In this document: one piece after another, positions 1 to 8,355 of the stretch | How positions within the stretch are numbered: the first letter of the stretch is position 1 | Layout of the letters: the number at the start of each line of letters is the position of its first letter | Virus record (IMG/VR): IMGVR_UViG_3300007520_000036 | DNA length: 40,908 bases | DNA from: a virus | Strand: one strand, 5' to 3' | Notes under the pieces: model-generated | What the model was told of the DNA's origin: nothing | The model's input: the letters and a program-made list of their open reading frames with translations, nothing else | The model's database searches: none | Translations under genes and position numbers: made by a program

Positions 1-123
1 TCGCAGGTATCGGAGCGGCGTTTTACAAACCTACCACTAAAAGCAAGTAATCATGATTGACCCACAAGATGCACTGTATTTTATCTACTTAGGTAGCGAA
101 ACCGACCCTATCGAAGGTTACGA
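1..123. repeat. 123-bp terminal direct repeat (identical copy at 40786..40908). It is either a circular-assembly overlap or terminal redundancy. Unique genome length is 40,785 bp.
   Basis: Bases 1-123 read identically to 40786-40908. ORF 40641..40835 ends inside the repeat and ORF 53..283 starts inside it. Confidence 0.95.
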
Positions 124-283
124 AGTAGGATGGGAATATCCGCTGCCTTGGATTCAATTGCCACAAACCGAAACCACCGAGGCACTAGCTTTAGAACACC
201 CTACGATGTTCGAGGCTGGGAATGAGCCTTACGATGAAACGGTATTCCCTGACCCTAACAGACCACGCCCACCACGCAAATAA
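53..283 (+). CDS. Hypothetical acidic, Pro-rich protein (76 aa) in the lysis region
   Basis: Intact ORF 2 nt after the stop of the holin-like gene on the circular map. No recognisable motif. Confidence 0.5.
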   Translation: MIDPQDALYFIYLGSETDPIEGYEVGWEYPLPWIQLPQTETTEALALEHPTMFEAGNEPYDETVFPDPNRPRPPRK

Positions 284-285
284 GT

Positions 286-627
286 ATGACTTATTGGCTG
301 TCATCCGCTGTTTTTTTAATGCTGTTTCATTCATGGGGATTTGAGGCGTTAGTGCCTCAATCCATGACTGACGCTACGTTCTTTCGCCTATACGACATGA
401 TTGGTTCGGCTGCTATACTTTGCACCACTAAGGCAGCAGGGTATGGCAGGGCTTTAAAGCAGCGTATCATCGTAGACTTCATGCTTGCTTTCATGTGGGC
501 GGATATATTCGATAGGGCAATAGGCATCACCACGTTTCAAAAGCGTGACTTATTGATACTTCCGATTTGGGCGGTGTTCACGGGCTTGGCACTTTACAAG
601 CAACGTTTTAATATATTCAGCCAATGA
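286..627 (+). CDS. Multi-pass membrane protein (lysis-associated, holin-like?)
   Basis: About 4 hydrophobic helices (WLSSAVFLMLF, IGSAAILCTT, IIVDFMLAFMWADIF, LLILPIWAVFTGLALY). Sits in a tightly packed lysis cluster upstream of the amidase. Confidence 0.4.
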   Translation: MTYWLSSAVFLMLFHSWGFEALVPQSMTDATFFRLYDMIGSAAILCTTKAAGYGRALKQRIIVDFMLAFMWADIFDRAIGITTFQKRDLLILPIWAVFTGLALYKQRFNIFSQ

Positions 628-875
628 TTCCCGCAAAAATAATTGCAATTGAAAAGAAAATTGATAGGATTCTATTCTACTTGGAAGACGACGCGCCGAC
701 AGGAACGAAGGGCGTTGTATCGACGCTCAACGCTCACGGCAAGCGTATCGAAAATCTCGAAGAGGGCAATCTAGTCAGTAAGGCTAAGGTTGCAGGGTTA
801 AGCGCCGGAATAGGTGGCATAGCGGGCGCAACGATGGGTAAGATATGGGCGTGGCTATCGCACGTAATATTCTAA
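624..875 (+). CDS. Small protein with a C-terminal TM helix (lysis-associated?)
   Basis: ATGA overlap with the previous ORF. Gly/Ala-rich C-terminal hydrophobic segment GLSAGIGGIAGATMGKIWAWL. Lies directly upstream of the endolysin. Confidence 0.4.
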   Translation: MIPAKIIAIEKKIDRILFYLEDDAPTGTKGVVSTLNAHGKRIENLEEGNLVSKAKVAGLSAGIGGIAGATMGKIWAWLSHVIF

Positions 876-886
876 ACAAAACAACC

Positions 887-1432
887 ATGAGGACATTATT
901 CATATCAGCAGGTCATAGCACTAAGGTAGGCAGTGACCGAGGCGCGTCGGGCAACGGGTTAATAGAGGGTGTAGTCGCAGCGGACTTCCGCAATCTGCTA
1001 GTAAAAGAACTGAAAGCAATTGGCGTGCCTGTCATTGTAGACGGGGACCACACCGTGTTAGCAGAAACAATGGCATGGCTACGTAGGTTCGTCAACAATA
1101 AAAGCGTTGCGCTTGAGATCCACACCAACGCATCGGATAACCTATCCGCTACCGGTGCTGAGATAATCGTCCCGGATAATCCATCGGCTTACGAAACGCT
1201 GCTTGCTACACGGTTATCCGAAACGATAAGCGAGGTTTTGGGCATCAGGAATAGAGGCGTGAAGCAAGAAAAACACACGGCACGTAAACGCCTGGGGTTT
1301 ATGCGAATTCCGTGCGAAACCGTGCTGCCTGAATTGTTTTTTATCAGCAACCGCTTCGACTGTCAGGCACACGAAGTCAACAAAGAGAAGCTAGCTAAAC
1401 GGCTTGCTGCGGATATTAAAGACTATTTGTAG
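887..1432 (+). CDS. N-acetylmuramoyl-L-alanine amidase (Amidase_3-type endolysin)
   Basis: MRTLFISAGHS..., ALEIHTNA, FMRIPCETVLPELFFISN match the MurNAc-LAA zinc amidase pattern. I chose the ATG at 887 (A/C-rich leader aaacaaaacaacc) over the track start at 845. Confidence 0.8.
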   Translation: MRTLFISAGHSTKVGSDRGASGNGLIEGVVAADFRNLLVKELKAIGVPVIVDGDHTVLAETMAWLRRFVNNKSVALEIHTNASDNLSATGAEIIVPDNPSAYETLLATRLSETISEVLGIRNRGVKQEKHTARKRLGFMRIPCETVLPELFFISNRFDCQAHEVNKEKLAKRLAADIKDYL

Positions 1433-1687
1433 CTAGTCATCTCCCATATTCAGTAAGTACATATAAAATTTACCCTGTTCAAACTGAGACGCATTTGCAA
1501 GTAAAACAAGTTTCCTAAATTGCCTATTTGCCAAATGCAATTCATCCAAAGAGTACCGATACTTATTATTTGCAATCTCGTTCCATAGCGCAATAATCGC
1601 GTCTAAGTCTTTAACCGAATCGGCTTCTTTTAAAATATCCGCTATGCTTCTAACGGGTGGGTTTGGGTCAATCGTTTTTGCTTTCAT
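1433..1687 (-). CDS. Hypothetical protein (84 aa), last gene of the leftward operon
   Basis: ORF with the conserved leader TAAACGAA-ATG. AT-rich. Confidence 0.5.
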   Translation of the reverse strand: MKAKTIDPNPPVRSIADILKEADSVKDLDAIIALWNEIANNKYRYSLDELHLANRQFRKLVLLANASQFEQGKFYMYLLNMGDD

Positions 1688-1712
1688 TTCGTTTATTAAA
1701 TTATGTTACAAA

Positions 1713-1898
1713 TTACAACAGCTCCCCGTCACCTAAATCATTGGCTGCCGCTGACAAGTCTTCGGCGGCACTTTCAAGTAATGATTTTGTAGCATCGGCT
1801 TCCTCTCCCGTTGCTACGTTTACCACATCTTTTACGATTGCAATTGGTGTAAGTGCTGCTTTTACTACAGCACTAAATACTCCTGATAAAAATCCCAT
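1713..1898 (-). CDS. Hypothetical small protein (61 aa)
   Basis: ORF in operon orientation. The overlapping + strand ORF 1657..1914 looks like a shadow. Confidence 0.45.
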   Translation of the reverse strand: MGFLSGVFSAVVKAALTPIAIVKDVVNVATGEEADATKSLLESAAEDLSAAANDLGDGELL

Positions 1899-1923
1899 TT
1901 TATTTTATTTATAAAGTTAAGTT

Positions 1924-2130
1924 TTAGTTGAGGGCTATCCATTCACCGTCTTTTAACACCTTTAAAATCCACCCACACAATTCTGTTATATCTCCATTCA
2001 TTGAATCGTCTATTTCATTACACCACAAAATAGATGTTATCTTATATCTTATCGGGTTTAGCTCAACAACTACGCCCTCAAAATAACAGTCCCCGTCTTC
2101 TACGTCTCGGATTTTATCGCCTATTTCCAT
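1924..2130 (-). CDS. Hypothetical protein (68 aa)
   Basis: ORF with the conserved leader TGAAACAAA-ATG. Confidence 0.5.
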   Translation of the reverse strand: MEIGDKIRDVEDGDCYFEGVVVELNPIRYKITSILWCNEIDDSMNGDITELCGWILKVLKDGEWIALN

Positions 2131-2146
2131 TTTGTTTCAGGGTTGT

Positions 2147-2350
2147 TTATAAATTATATTCCTTTAGGTCATTGTAGGCCTTAATCATCCCTACCGTATC
2201 TCCATTTGCCATTAAGATCTCAGCATTCTTTATGCTAATTTTCATCATGGCAGAAGCGAACGCTCCTGCGTTTTTTGGCAATTCATCATATATTTTAATG
2301 ATTCCTCTTACCCTTTCCATTTGTTCGTGCAATCCGTCTATTAAGTTCAT
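2147..2350 (-). CDS. Hypothetical protein (67 aa from the MNLIDG start)
   Basis: The ATG at 2350 forms an ATGA overlap with the stop of the upstream gene. The track start at 2389 would overlap that gene by 43 nt. Confidence 0.5.
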   Translation of the reverse strand: MNLIDGLHEQMERVRGIIKIYDELPKNAGAFASAMMKISIKNAEILMANGDTVGMIKAYNDLKEYNL

Positions 2351-2550
2351 CTCGTTTCTCGGTTTATATTGATTATAGCCACTCCACATTTTTTACATTT
2401 ATCATTGTATGAGCAATTAGACTCATTACATACAAGGCAATTTATTTCCCAATTAGAAGTAAGTTTGGAAACAAGTTGCTTTGCCTTTTGCCTTATCTGC
2501 TGCTCATTCAGCAGCCCGAATTTAGTTTCGTGTAACTCGTTATTTTCCAT
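2347..2550 (-). CDS. Small Cys-rich (zinc-ribbon-like) protein
   Basis: CLVCNESNCSYNDKCKKCG gives two CxxC pairs. Leader is TGAAACAAA-ATG. Confidence 0.45.
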   Translation of the reverse strand: MENNELHETKFGLLNEQQIRQKAKQLVSKLTSNWEINCLVCNESNCSYNDKCKKCGVAIININRETR

Positions 2551-2797
2551 TTTGTTTCAATTTAAGCGCATCTGTTAAATACTTGTTTGAAAAATACTGG
2601 TCGCGGTTGCAAAAGTCTGTTCTATGGGCATTTAGGCCATCACCATAAGCATCGCTTATTTGCTCTATTTCTGTAAGTAAAAGCGCTTTGGCTTCATTAA
2701 TAGCAATGCTAAAAACCCTATTATAAATTGGGTCGTTATCCCACTTTTCCTTACCTACTTCAAGCCTTTGTATTAATTCGTTTAATGGCGTTTTCAT
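2540..2797 (-). CDS. Hypothetical protein (85 aa)
   Basis: ORF with leader CGAAACGAA-ATG. Confidence 0.5.
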   Translation of the reverse strand: MKTPLNELIQRLEVGKEKWDNDPIYNRVFSIAINEAKALLLTEIEQISDAYGDGLNAHRTDFCNRDQYFSNKYLTDALKLKQNGK

Positions 2798-2814
2798 TTC
2801 GTTTCGGGGTTAGT

Positions 2815-2970
2815 TTAAAGATGAATACAGACGTGCCACCATATTAGCATAAATCTAAAGCCAAAACTTTGTATTTGAAAGCCTAAGTTCCAATGTCGGT
2901 GACCTACCATTATCAATAGGTATTCGCTATTGTGGCAAACTATTTCTGATTTTATTGTATGTATAATCAT
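2815..2970 (-). CDS. Possible small ORF (51 aa), absent from the track (below 60 aa)
   Basis: My translation is MIIHTIKSEIVCHNSEYLLIMVGHRHWNLGFQIQSFGFRFMLIWWHVCIHL. It has the same CGAAACAAA-ATG leader as the neighbouring genes and fills an otherwise 189-bp gap. Confidence 0.35.
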   Translation of the reverse strand: MIIHTIKSEIVCHNSEYLLIMVGHRHWNLGFQIQSFGFRFMLIWWHVCIHL

Positions 2971-2986
2971 TTTGTTTCGTTTTAAA

Positions 2987-3511
2987 TCAAATCAATCCAA
3001 ATCCAACAACCACAGCAAGCACGGCGGATATTACACGCCACGTATTGCGCTGCTTGGTAACCTTGTCAATCCGCTTGCCTTGTTCAGCGTTGTCGATAAA
3101 CAGCGTATCGGTTATTGTCCGCGTCGACATCTCGACCCGCACCGATGCAAGGCAGTTAATTAGCGCCGTATCGCAGTAAGCCAATTCTTTGAGTACGATA
3201 GCCCCGACCTCGATACAGCTATCTAACCGCTGCGTGTCGGTACGTGGCGCGCTATCCCTCCACCGTGTAATGGTGCGAGTCCTTTCGATGTAAGCCGTGT
3301 CTCTTAGGGCTTTAAAATCGACCGTAACGGCAAGGAGCGAATCCGCTTCAATACGCGCCCGTGTTAATTCGGCATGAAGCGCGTAAATGTCGGCAGTGTC
3401 GTCACGCCTCGGGAAGTTATCGAATAGCATATACATCATGTAGGCTAAGATTAGCATCCCTGCTACGCCCATAGCGTTACGGGCTAGCGTGTATTTTTGG
3501 TTAGTTGTCAT
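2987..3511 (-). CDS. Membrane protein with N- and C-terminal TM helices
   Basis: N-terminal GVAGMLILAYMMYMLF and C-terminal VISAVLAVVVGFGLI flank a charged helical middle. GC-rich relative to its neighbours. Confidence 0.5.
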   Translation of the reverse strand: MTTNQKYTLARNAMGVAGMLILAYMMYMLFDNFPRRDDTADIYALHAELTRARIEADSLLAVTVDFKALRDTAYIERTRTITRWRDSAPRTDTQRLDSCIEVGAIVLKELAYCDTALINCLASVRVEMSTRTITDTLFIDNAEQGKRIDKVTKQRNTWRVISAVLAVVVGFGLI

Positions 3512-3521
3512 TGGGGTAGGG

Positions 3522-4157
3522 TTAAATTGAACATTGTAGTATTTCCTGACATAGTTCTTTTGGTATTATTGAACGGTTATAGCTACCTTTTCTCCCTTGC
3601 GTTCCTGTCTTAGAGCCTCTTGGCGCGGGTTGATGATGGCAGTCTTTATTTCCATTTTTACACATTGCCCTTGGTTTCCATTTTTCGCTATTTGTCCAAA
3701 TATCTGTGGGCTTTGCCCTGTCGTCTCCGTATTGGCAGTACCAAATAGTATGTCTTTTAAACTGTTGCATAAAGGGCATTTTGCGAAGCATTCCCCTTGG
3801 GTTCTCAATAAAGAAAACCATTTTAGGATTAATCAATAACCATTCTTTAATCAATAAAATAAAGTGTTTATTTACTGCGTCGCATTTTTTAGCATACTCG
3901 CTTTTAGGCTCTATGCTATTGGTTCGGTGGGTTGAACAAGCTGCAATTGAGTACGTGGTACAATCAGGGCTTGCCCAAACGACGTCTGGAATAAAAGGAA
4001 CATCGATCAATTTCATGTATTCAACATCGATAGCCAAATCAATTTTGTCAAATTGCTTCCAATCAACTGAAAATACATTAATACCCAATTCATCTCCAAC
4101 ACTTCCGATTGATCTAGAGCCTGCAAAAAGTTCAAGTAAATTGACGGTGCATTTCAT
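3522..4157 (-). CDS. Small DNA (cytosine-5) methyltransferase-like protein
   Basis: LELFAGSRSIG (motif I-like), ASPDCTTYS (catalytic Cys motif IV-like), FFIENPRG (motif VI ENV-like), CQYGDDRAKPTDIW. AT-rich gene. Confidence 0.6.
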   Translation of the reverse strand: MKCTVNLLELFAGSRSIGSVGDELGINVFSVDWKQFDKIDLAIDVEYMKLIDVPFIPDVVWASPDCTTYSIAACSTHRTNSIEPKSEYAKKCDAVNKHFILLIKEWLLINPKMVFFIENPRGMLRKMPFMQQFKRHTIWYCQYGDDRAKPTDIWTNSEKWKPRAMCKNGNKDCHHQPAPRGSKTGTQGRKGSYNRSIIPKELCQEILQCSI

Positions 4158-4396
4158 CTCGTTTTAAGTTTAGGTACACACGCCTCGCTCAGCTCGGCTT
4201 GGTATCGTTTGGTTACGGCGCTAAAGTATTTCGGGTCTAAGGCGTAGCGGCGCGCACTGACCGCGTAGAACAACGCGACAAGCATCGAGCTGCATTCCTT
4301 GTCGCCTTGCTTTGTGGTGATAAGGCAGCGTTCATAGACCGCCCTGTCAGCGTCGGGTAGCGTCGCAATCCACGCCGATATGGTTTTGGGTTTCAT
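4154..4396 (-). CDS. Hypothetical protein (80 aa)
   Basis: ORF with ATGA coupling at both ends. Confidence 0.5.
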   Translation of the reverse strand: MKPKTISAWIATLPDADRAVYERCLITTKQGDKECSSMLVALFYAVSARRYALDPKYFSAVTKRYQAELSEACVPKLKTR

Positions 4397-4572
4397 TGCG
4401 CTTTCTCAACAATCAGCACCTCGACAAGATACGCACGTTTGTTCGCTTCGTCAAATCGCTGCTCGTATCGGTGCGTGTCGGGGTTGAACTTCTTAATCGT
4501 CAGTCGTGACGGGTTGCGGTCTGACCACCCTTTGGCTGGCTTAGGCGCGTTGGTTTGTTTCGGCTTACTCAT
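4393..4572 (-). CDS. Small basic ORF (59 aa), absent from the track
   Basis: My translation is MSKPKQTNAPKPAKGWSDRNPSRLTIKKFNPDTHRYEQRFDEANKRAYLVEVLIVEKAQ. ATGA overlaps at both ends exactly fill the gap between 4396 and 4569. Confidence 0.55.
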   Translation of the reverse strand: MSKPKQTNAPKPAKGWSDRNPSRLTIKKFNPDTHRYEQRFDEANKRAYLVEVLIVEKAQ

Positions 4573-5003
4573 TTTTGTGTGTGGTTAAAATGCTTGTCGG
4601 TAATGGTTAAGAACTGCCTAACTGTAAAAACAGTAACGGGTTGGTCGAATCGAGAAACATCACTCCAATAATCAGCTTTACCATCAAATCCATAAAATTT
4701 ACAAGAACCACTATAATTGGTAGTGTGTATTTTATTATACCTCTTTACCGCCTCGGTTCTTGACTCATTAAATTTGCCACTTTCAAACAGCACCGCGTAA
4801 TACTTCGGCAACCCGTACTGCATATGAGGGTATAAGTGGTTAGGGTCGATAGGATTCGGCTCGGCTTGAACCGCTGCGGCTTGTAGGCTTATTTCCACCA
4901 CGTCGTTAATCTTCGCGCCGGTCGCTTTGATAATGTCGATTAGGTAGGACTCTTGATGCACCGTAGCGACAAGCTTGTCGTGTATTCTTATTTCGTATTT
5001 CAT
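4569..5003 (-). CDS. Hypothetical protein (144 aa)
   Basis: ORF with leader TTAACCAAAACAAACCA-ATG. Confidence 0.55.
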   Translation of the reverse strand: MKYEIRIHDKLVATVHQESYLIDIIKATGAKINDVVEISLQAAAVQAEPNPIDPNHLYPHMQYGLPKYYAVLFESGKFNESRTEAVKRYNKIHTTNYSGSCKFYGFDGKADYWSDVSRFDQPVTVFTVRQFLTITDKHFNHTQK

Positions 5004-5038
5004 TGGTTTGTTTTGGTTAAATGGTTTGTTAAGTTCCG

Positions 5039-5380
5039 CTACCTATCGCCCGCTACGTCATTAGCGTGGTCGGCCATGTCGGCTGGGTCGGGTGCTTCAT
5101 CTTCGGTGCTGTCGTTTGGCTTGTTGTATTCGTGCCATAATAGCAATTGCTCTACGTCGTTTTCAAAATCGGTAATATTCATTGATTGAATTGTTGATTC
5201 AGCAAGCGCGTCGTTAATTCTTAAAATTAATTGCCGCGCCATTCTCTCTGCATAAATCACCTCTAGCCTATCCTGCGCCTCCTTTATAAGCACTTCAAGC
5301 ATTCTGCTAGGCACGGCTTGAACGCCATGCTCTCTCCACGCCGTTAGCGCGTCTTCCCAAGTAATTATCATCTTTTTCAT
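5039..5380 (-). CDS. Hypothetical acidic protein (113 aa from the MKKMII start)
   Basis: The ATG at 5380 makes an ATGA overlap with the stop of the DUF4326 gene. Confidence 0.5.
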   Translation of the reverse strand: MKKMIITWEDALTAWREHGVQAVPSRMLEVLIKEAQDRLEVIYAERMARQLILRINDALAESTIQSMNITDFENDVEQLLLWHEYNKPNDSTEDEAPDPADMADHANDVAGDR

Positions 5381-5718
5381 ATCGCTTTGGTTTGAGAATA
5401 AAATAATTCCAAAAGGACATCGCCATGACAAGGCTTTGGTTTACACCAACAACCAATAACTTTGTTTTCTAATTCACTCAAATCGGTGAGTAAATGTTTG
5501 CCATCTCCTTCGGTAATCCACTCCTTATATGCTTTTATTGAATCTTCTCTACTGCTTACAATATATTTTGCCAATGTTTTTCCGTCCTGTATATGAGTAA
5601 ATGGATTTCCCCATTTGCTAGGCCGGCCAATGTAAATGTCATAAGGTGACTTCTTACAATGAACAACACTTATACGGCTTTTATAAGTATCTTTAATATT
5701 CGGTAGTTCGTTTACCAT
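5377..5718 (-). CDS. DUF4326-family protein
   Basis: YIGRPSKWGNPF ... CWCKPKPCHGDVL matches the DUF4326 signature as I remember it. Confidence 0.6.
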   Translation of the reverse strand: MVNELPNIKDTYKSRISVVHCKKSPYDIYIGRPSKWGNPFTHIQDGKTLAKYIVSSREDSIKAYKEWITEGDGKHLLTDLSELENKVIGCWCKPKPCHGDVLLELFYSQTKAI

Positions 5719-5744
5719 AGTGTTTTTTTTATTTAATTTTAAGT

Positions 5745-5909
5745 CTATCTAAATCGATAAACAGTAGAATCAAGCCTTTTTTTGGTAAGTTCTAAATTTC
5801 GCCTTTCAATATCCCCTAAATCTGTTTTTTCTAGCATATCTACTACATAATGCCAATAATGATTTAAAGCATCTTCTATTATTTGCATTTCAATTTCACT
5901 GAGTACCAT
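5745..5909 (-). CDS. Small ORF (54 aa), absent from the track
   Basis: My translation is MVLSEIEMQIIEDALNHYWHYVVDMLEKTDLGDIERRNLELTKKRLDSTVYRFR. It fills the 5719..5920 gap in operon orientation. Confidence 0.4.
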   Translation of the reverse strand: MVLSEIEMQIIEDALNHYWHYVVDMLEKTDLGDIERRNLELTKKRLDSTVYRFR

Positions 5910-5920
5910 ATTATTTATAC

Positions 5921-6124
5921 TTAATTCGCTCTTTCCTTAATCAGCACGTCAATCGACTCGCCAATCCGGTCTTGCCGCTCGGTGTGCTTCGACGCGTCGG
6001 CTTTGAAGTACGCAGACACATCGGGTTGGTTCACGCCTGCCTTAGCGGCTATGTCGACCTGCTTGATACGTAGCCGCTCTATCCATATAGATTGCTGCTC
6101 CTTTTTGCTTAGTTGTAATTTCAT
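5921..6124 (-). CDS. Helix-turn-helix DNA-binding regulator, first gene of the leftward operon
   Basis: IKQVDIAAKAGVNQPDVSAYF is an HTH_3-like segment. Position next to the divergent promoter region. Confidence 0.5.
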   Translation of the reverse strand: MKLQLSKKEQQSIWIERLRIKQVDIAAKAGVNQPDVSAYFKADASKHTERQDRIGESIDVLIKERAN

Positions 6125-6143
6125 GTTGTCCTAGTTTGTGCTT

Positions 6144-6151
6144 CAAAGCTA
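6144..6151 (-). promoter_or_regulatory. Bacteroidota-type -7 promoter motif (TAGCTTTG on the minus strand) for the leftward operon
   Basis: caaagcta on the + strand is TAGCTTTG (TAnnTTTG) on the minus strand, 20 nt upstream of the ATG at 6124. Confidence 0.45.
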
Positions 6152-6198
6152 AGTATTAATATTTTATAAAAAAAACATATTTATAAAAAAGATTCAAC

Positions 6199-6206
6199 TA
6201 TATTTG
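6199..6206 (+). promoter_or_regulatory. Bacteroidota-type -7 promoter motif TATATTTG for the rightward early operon
   Basis: TAnnTTTG lies 32 nt before the ATG at 6238. It is preceded by two TTATAAAAAA tracts (6165..6174, 6181..6190). Confidence 0.5.
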
Positions 6207-6237
6207 CATACACAACAACAACCTAAACCGATACACA

Positions 6238-6753
6238 ATGACACACTGGAAAAAACTGAACAACCCTGACTACTTAGGCGCGTATGCCTTAGATACTGGT
6301 CAAGAGCCTATCCTTCGCATCAAATCAATAACCCGCGAAATGGTTACGGGCGAACGAGGTAAGCAAGACGAATGCACCGTTGCGCACTTTAGTGACGACA
6401 AGACGAAGAAAATGATACTTAACGCCACGAACTGCAAAAGTATTACTAAAATTTACGGCACGCCACAAATCGAGCAGTGGTTGGGCAAACTAATTCAGGT
6501 CTACATAAAAATCGAGAATAAAGATGGTGATGACTTTGAATGCCTACGCATCAGGCCAATTGCACCGAAAGAGCCGACCGCCACTAAAGAAGCGTTAACG
6601 CCCGAACACGCGCGCTGGAGCGTTGCGGTCAATGCCTTAGCGAGCGGCGCAACAACTATTGCGGGGATCACCAAAACATACAGCCTAAGCGAAACCGATA
6701 AGGCTGCGCTAGTAGAAGCGGCTTCAAACGTAAAGGAGCCGGACAATGCCTAA
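6238..6753 (+). CDS. Conserved-looking phage protein of unknown function (first gene of the recombination module)
   Basis: 171-aa ORF with no motif I can name. Overlaps the exonuclease gene by 8 nt. Confidence 0.55.
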   Translation: MTHWKKLNNPDYLGAYALDTGQEPILRIKSITREMVTGERGKQDECTVAHFSDDKTKKMILNATNCKSITKIYGTPQIEQWLGKLIQVYIKIENKDGDDFECLRIRPIAPKEPTATKEALTPEHARWSVAVNALASGATTIAGITKTYSLSETDKAALVEAASNVKEPDNA

Positions 6754-7339
6754 GCAAGGATTTTTAAGTTGCTCGTATCTTGACAAGATAATGGTGACTA
6801 GCGATTTAAAGAAAGGCGTTGACTTTTTTGGGGCGGGTGCAATAACCTTAGCGTATCAAATCGCAGCGTCCCGCCTCGGCGTGGATATGCCCGAAGCGTC
6901 GGGTATCGCATTAGATTGGGGCAACGAGTACGAATGGGCGGCTAAGCATAAATATACAGAATGGGCGTTTCGTGAAATCAAAGAGGCTCCGTTTATTGAA
7001 AGCTTTGCTATTAAATGGTTTGGCGGCACGCCCGACGGTCTTTTAGGTATGAACGGAATAATAGAAATTAAGTGCCCTTACAACCCTGTAAACCATTTAA
7101 AGAACGTTGTGAATGCCTATCAATACGAGGAAGACTACAAGGCTCAAATACAGGGCTACCTGTTATTAACAGGATATAATTGGTGCGACTTTGTCAGCTA
7201 CGACCCTAGATTTACCGAACCTTTAGACTTATCAATAACCCGAATTGAACGCGACGAGTCTTACATTGAAACGCTTGAAACCCGAATAAAACTATTTTTA
7301 CAACTTGTAGAACAACTAATATTAACTATAAAAAAATGA
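6746..7339 (+). CDS. YqaJ/lambda-exonuclease-like recombination nuclease (PD-(D/E)xK)
   Basis: GGTPDGLLGMNGIIEIKCPYNP gives the D...E-x-K motif typical of YqaJ-type viral recombinases. Confidence 0.8.
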   Translation: MPKQGFLSCSYLDKIMVTSDLKKGVDFFGAGAITLAYQIAASRLGVDMPEASGIALDWGNEYEWAAKHKYTEWAFREIKEAPFIESFAIKWFGGTPDGLLGMNGIIEIKCPYNPVNHLKNVVNAYQYEEDYKAQIQGYLLLTGYNWCDFVSYDPRFTEPLDLSITRIERDESYIETLETRIKLFLQLVEQLILTIKK

Positions 7340-7668
7340 ACAAGCAGCTAAAAATTATCGCAATCCTACCCGCAACTAACGGAACAAGCGCGGCGGGTAA
7401 GGCATGGACTAAATCAACGGTAGTCGGCGAGGAAATCGAGGGGCAATACCCTAAGACCATTGCCTTCGATATGTTCAACAAGTCCGAAATACTTGACACG
7501 CTTCGTGTCGGCGCAATCGTAACCGTGACGCTCGAAATCAGCAGCAGGTCGTACGAAGGCAAGTGGTACACCAATGTAAGCGCGTACAAGATTGAAACAA
7601 GCGCACCGCAGCAAGTCGCTGCTCCCGCGCCTGTCGATATGAGCGGCGGTGATGACTTGCCTTTTTAA
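7336..7668 (+). CDS. DUF3127-like OB-fold ssDNA-binding protein
   Basis: KAWTKSTVVGEEIEGQYPKTIAFDMFN...GKWYTNVSAYKIE, followed by an acidic SSB-like tail GGDDLPF. ATGA-coupled to the exonuclease gene. Confidence 0.6.
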   Translation: MNKQLKIIAILPATNGTSAAGKAWTKSTVVGEEIEGQYPKTIAFDMFNKSEILDTLRVGAIVTVTLEISSRSYEGKWYTNVSAYKIETSAPQQVAAPAPVDMSGGDDLPF

Positions 7669-7676
7669 TTTAAGTT

Positions 7677-7925
7677 ATGAAAAGAACGGACAAGGAAATT
7701 GTAGAAGCGTTGGCTTTTATAAAAGAAAAACATAACGGCAAGCCACCCTATCAGTTTGGCGCGTTTGAATGCGCGGTAATGATGGCTAAATACCAAGCGA
7801 ATGAGTACACTAAACATGGAGGTATTAATAGCATCGCAGAGGAATATGCTAAATTTTGTATCCGTTGCCACCAAAAAGAGTTACCAATACTTTGCTTTGA
7901 CGGATACCTAAAGCTTACAAATTAA
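7677..7925 (+). CDS. Hypothetical protein (82 aa)
   Basis: ORF in operon orientation. AT-rich. Confidence 0.5.
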   Translation: MKRTDKEIVEALAFIKEKHNGKPPYQFGAFECAVMMAKYQANEYTKHGGINSIAEEYAKFCIRCHQKELPILCFDGYLKLTN

Positions 7926-7947
7926 CTTGCCCTAAACCAAAAAAAAC

Positions 7948-8355
7948 ATGACTGAAAATAAAATAAATAAACTCCAAAACGCCGCCGTGAGGCTTTTGTT
8001 CTTGCAGTTGTCGCTTAAAACCAAATGGTTTAAAATGACTGAGGCAGGCGTAAAAACAGAAGATTATAGAGAAATAACTTCTTATTGGATAAAAAGACTT
8101 GTTGAATGCGTATTAGACGAACAAGGCAACATCACTAAACCGATTGGAGATTATGCACAAGTAGATTATTGCAGGTTTATTTTTAAGCCATTTACTCAAA
8201 ACACAATGACTTTGGGCTATCCTAAATCAACTGATAAGGAAAGGATTTTAAGTCTAGAACATAAAGGAATTGAGATAAGAACAGGCAAACCTCAATGGGG
8301 AGCAGAGCCTAATAAACTATACTTTGTAATTAAGCACGGTGCTATTATTGGCTAA
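7948..8355 (+). CDS. ASCH/PUA-like domain protein (tentative)
   Basis: LSLKTKWFKMTEAGVKTEDYREITSYWIKRL resembles the N-terminal strand-helix pattern of ASCH-like phage proteins. From memory only. Confidence 0.35.
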   Translation: MTENKINKLQNAAVRLLFLQLSLKTKWFKMTEAGVKTEDYREITSYWIKRLVECVLDEQGNITKPIGDYAQVDYCRFIFKPFTQNTMTLGYPKSTDKERILSLEHKGIEIRTGKPQWGAEPNKLYFVIKHGAIIG

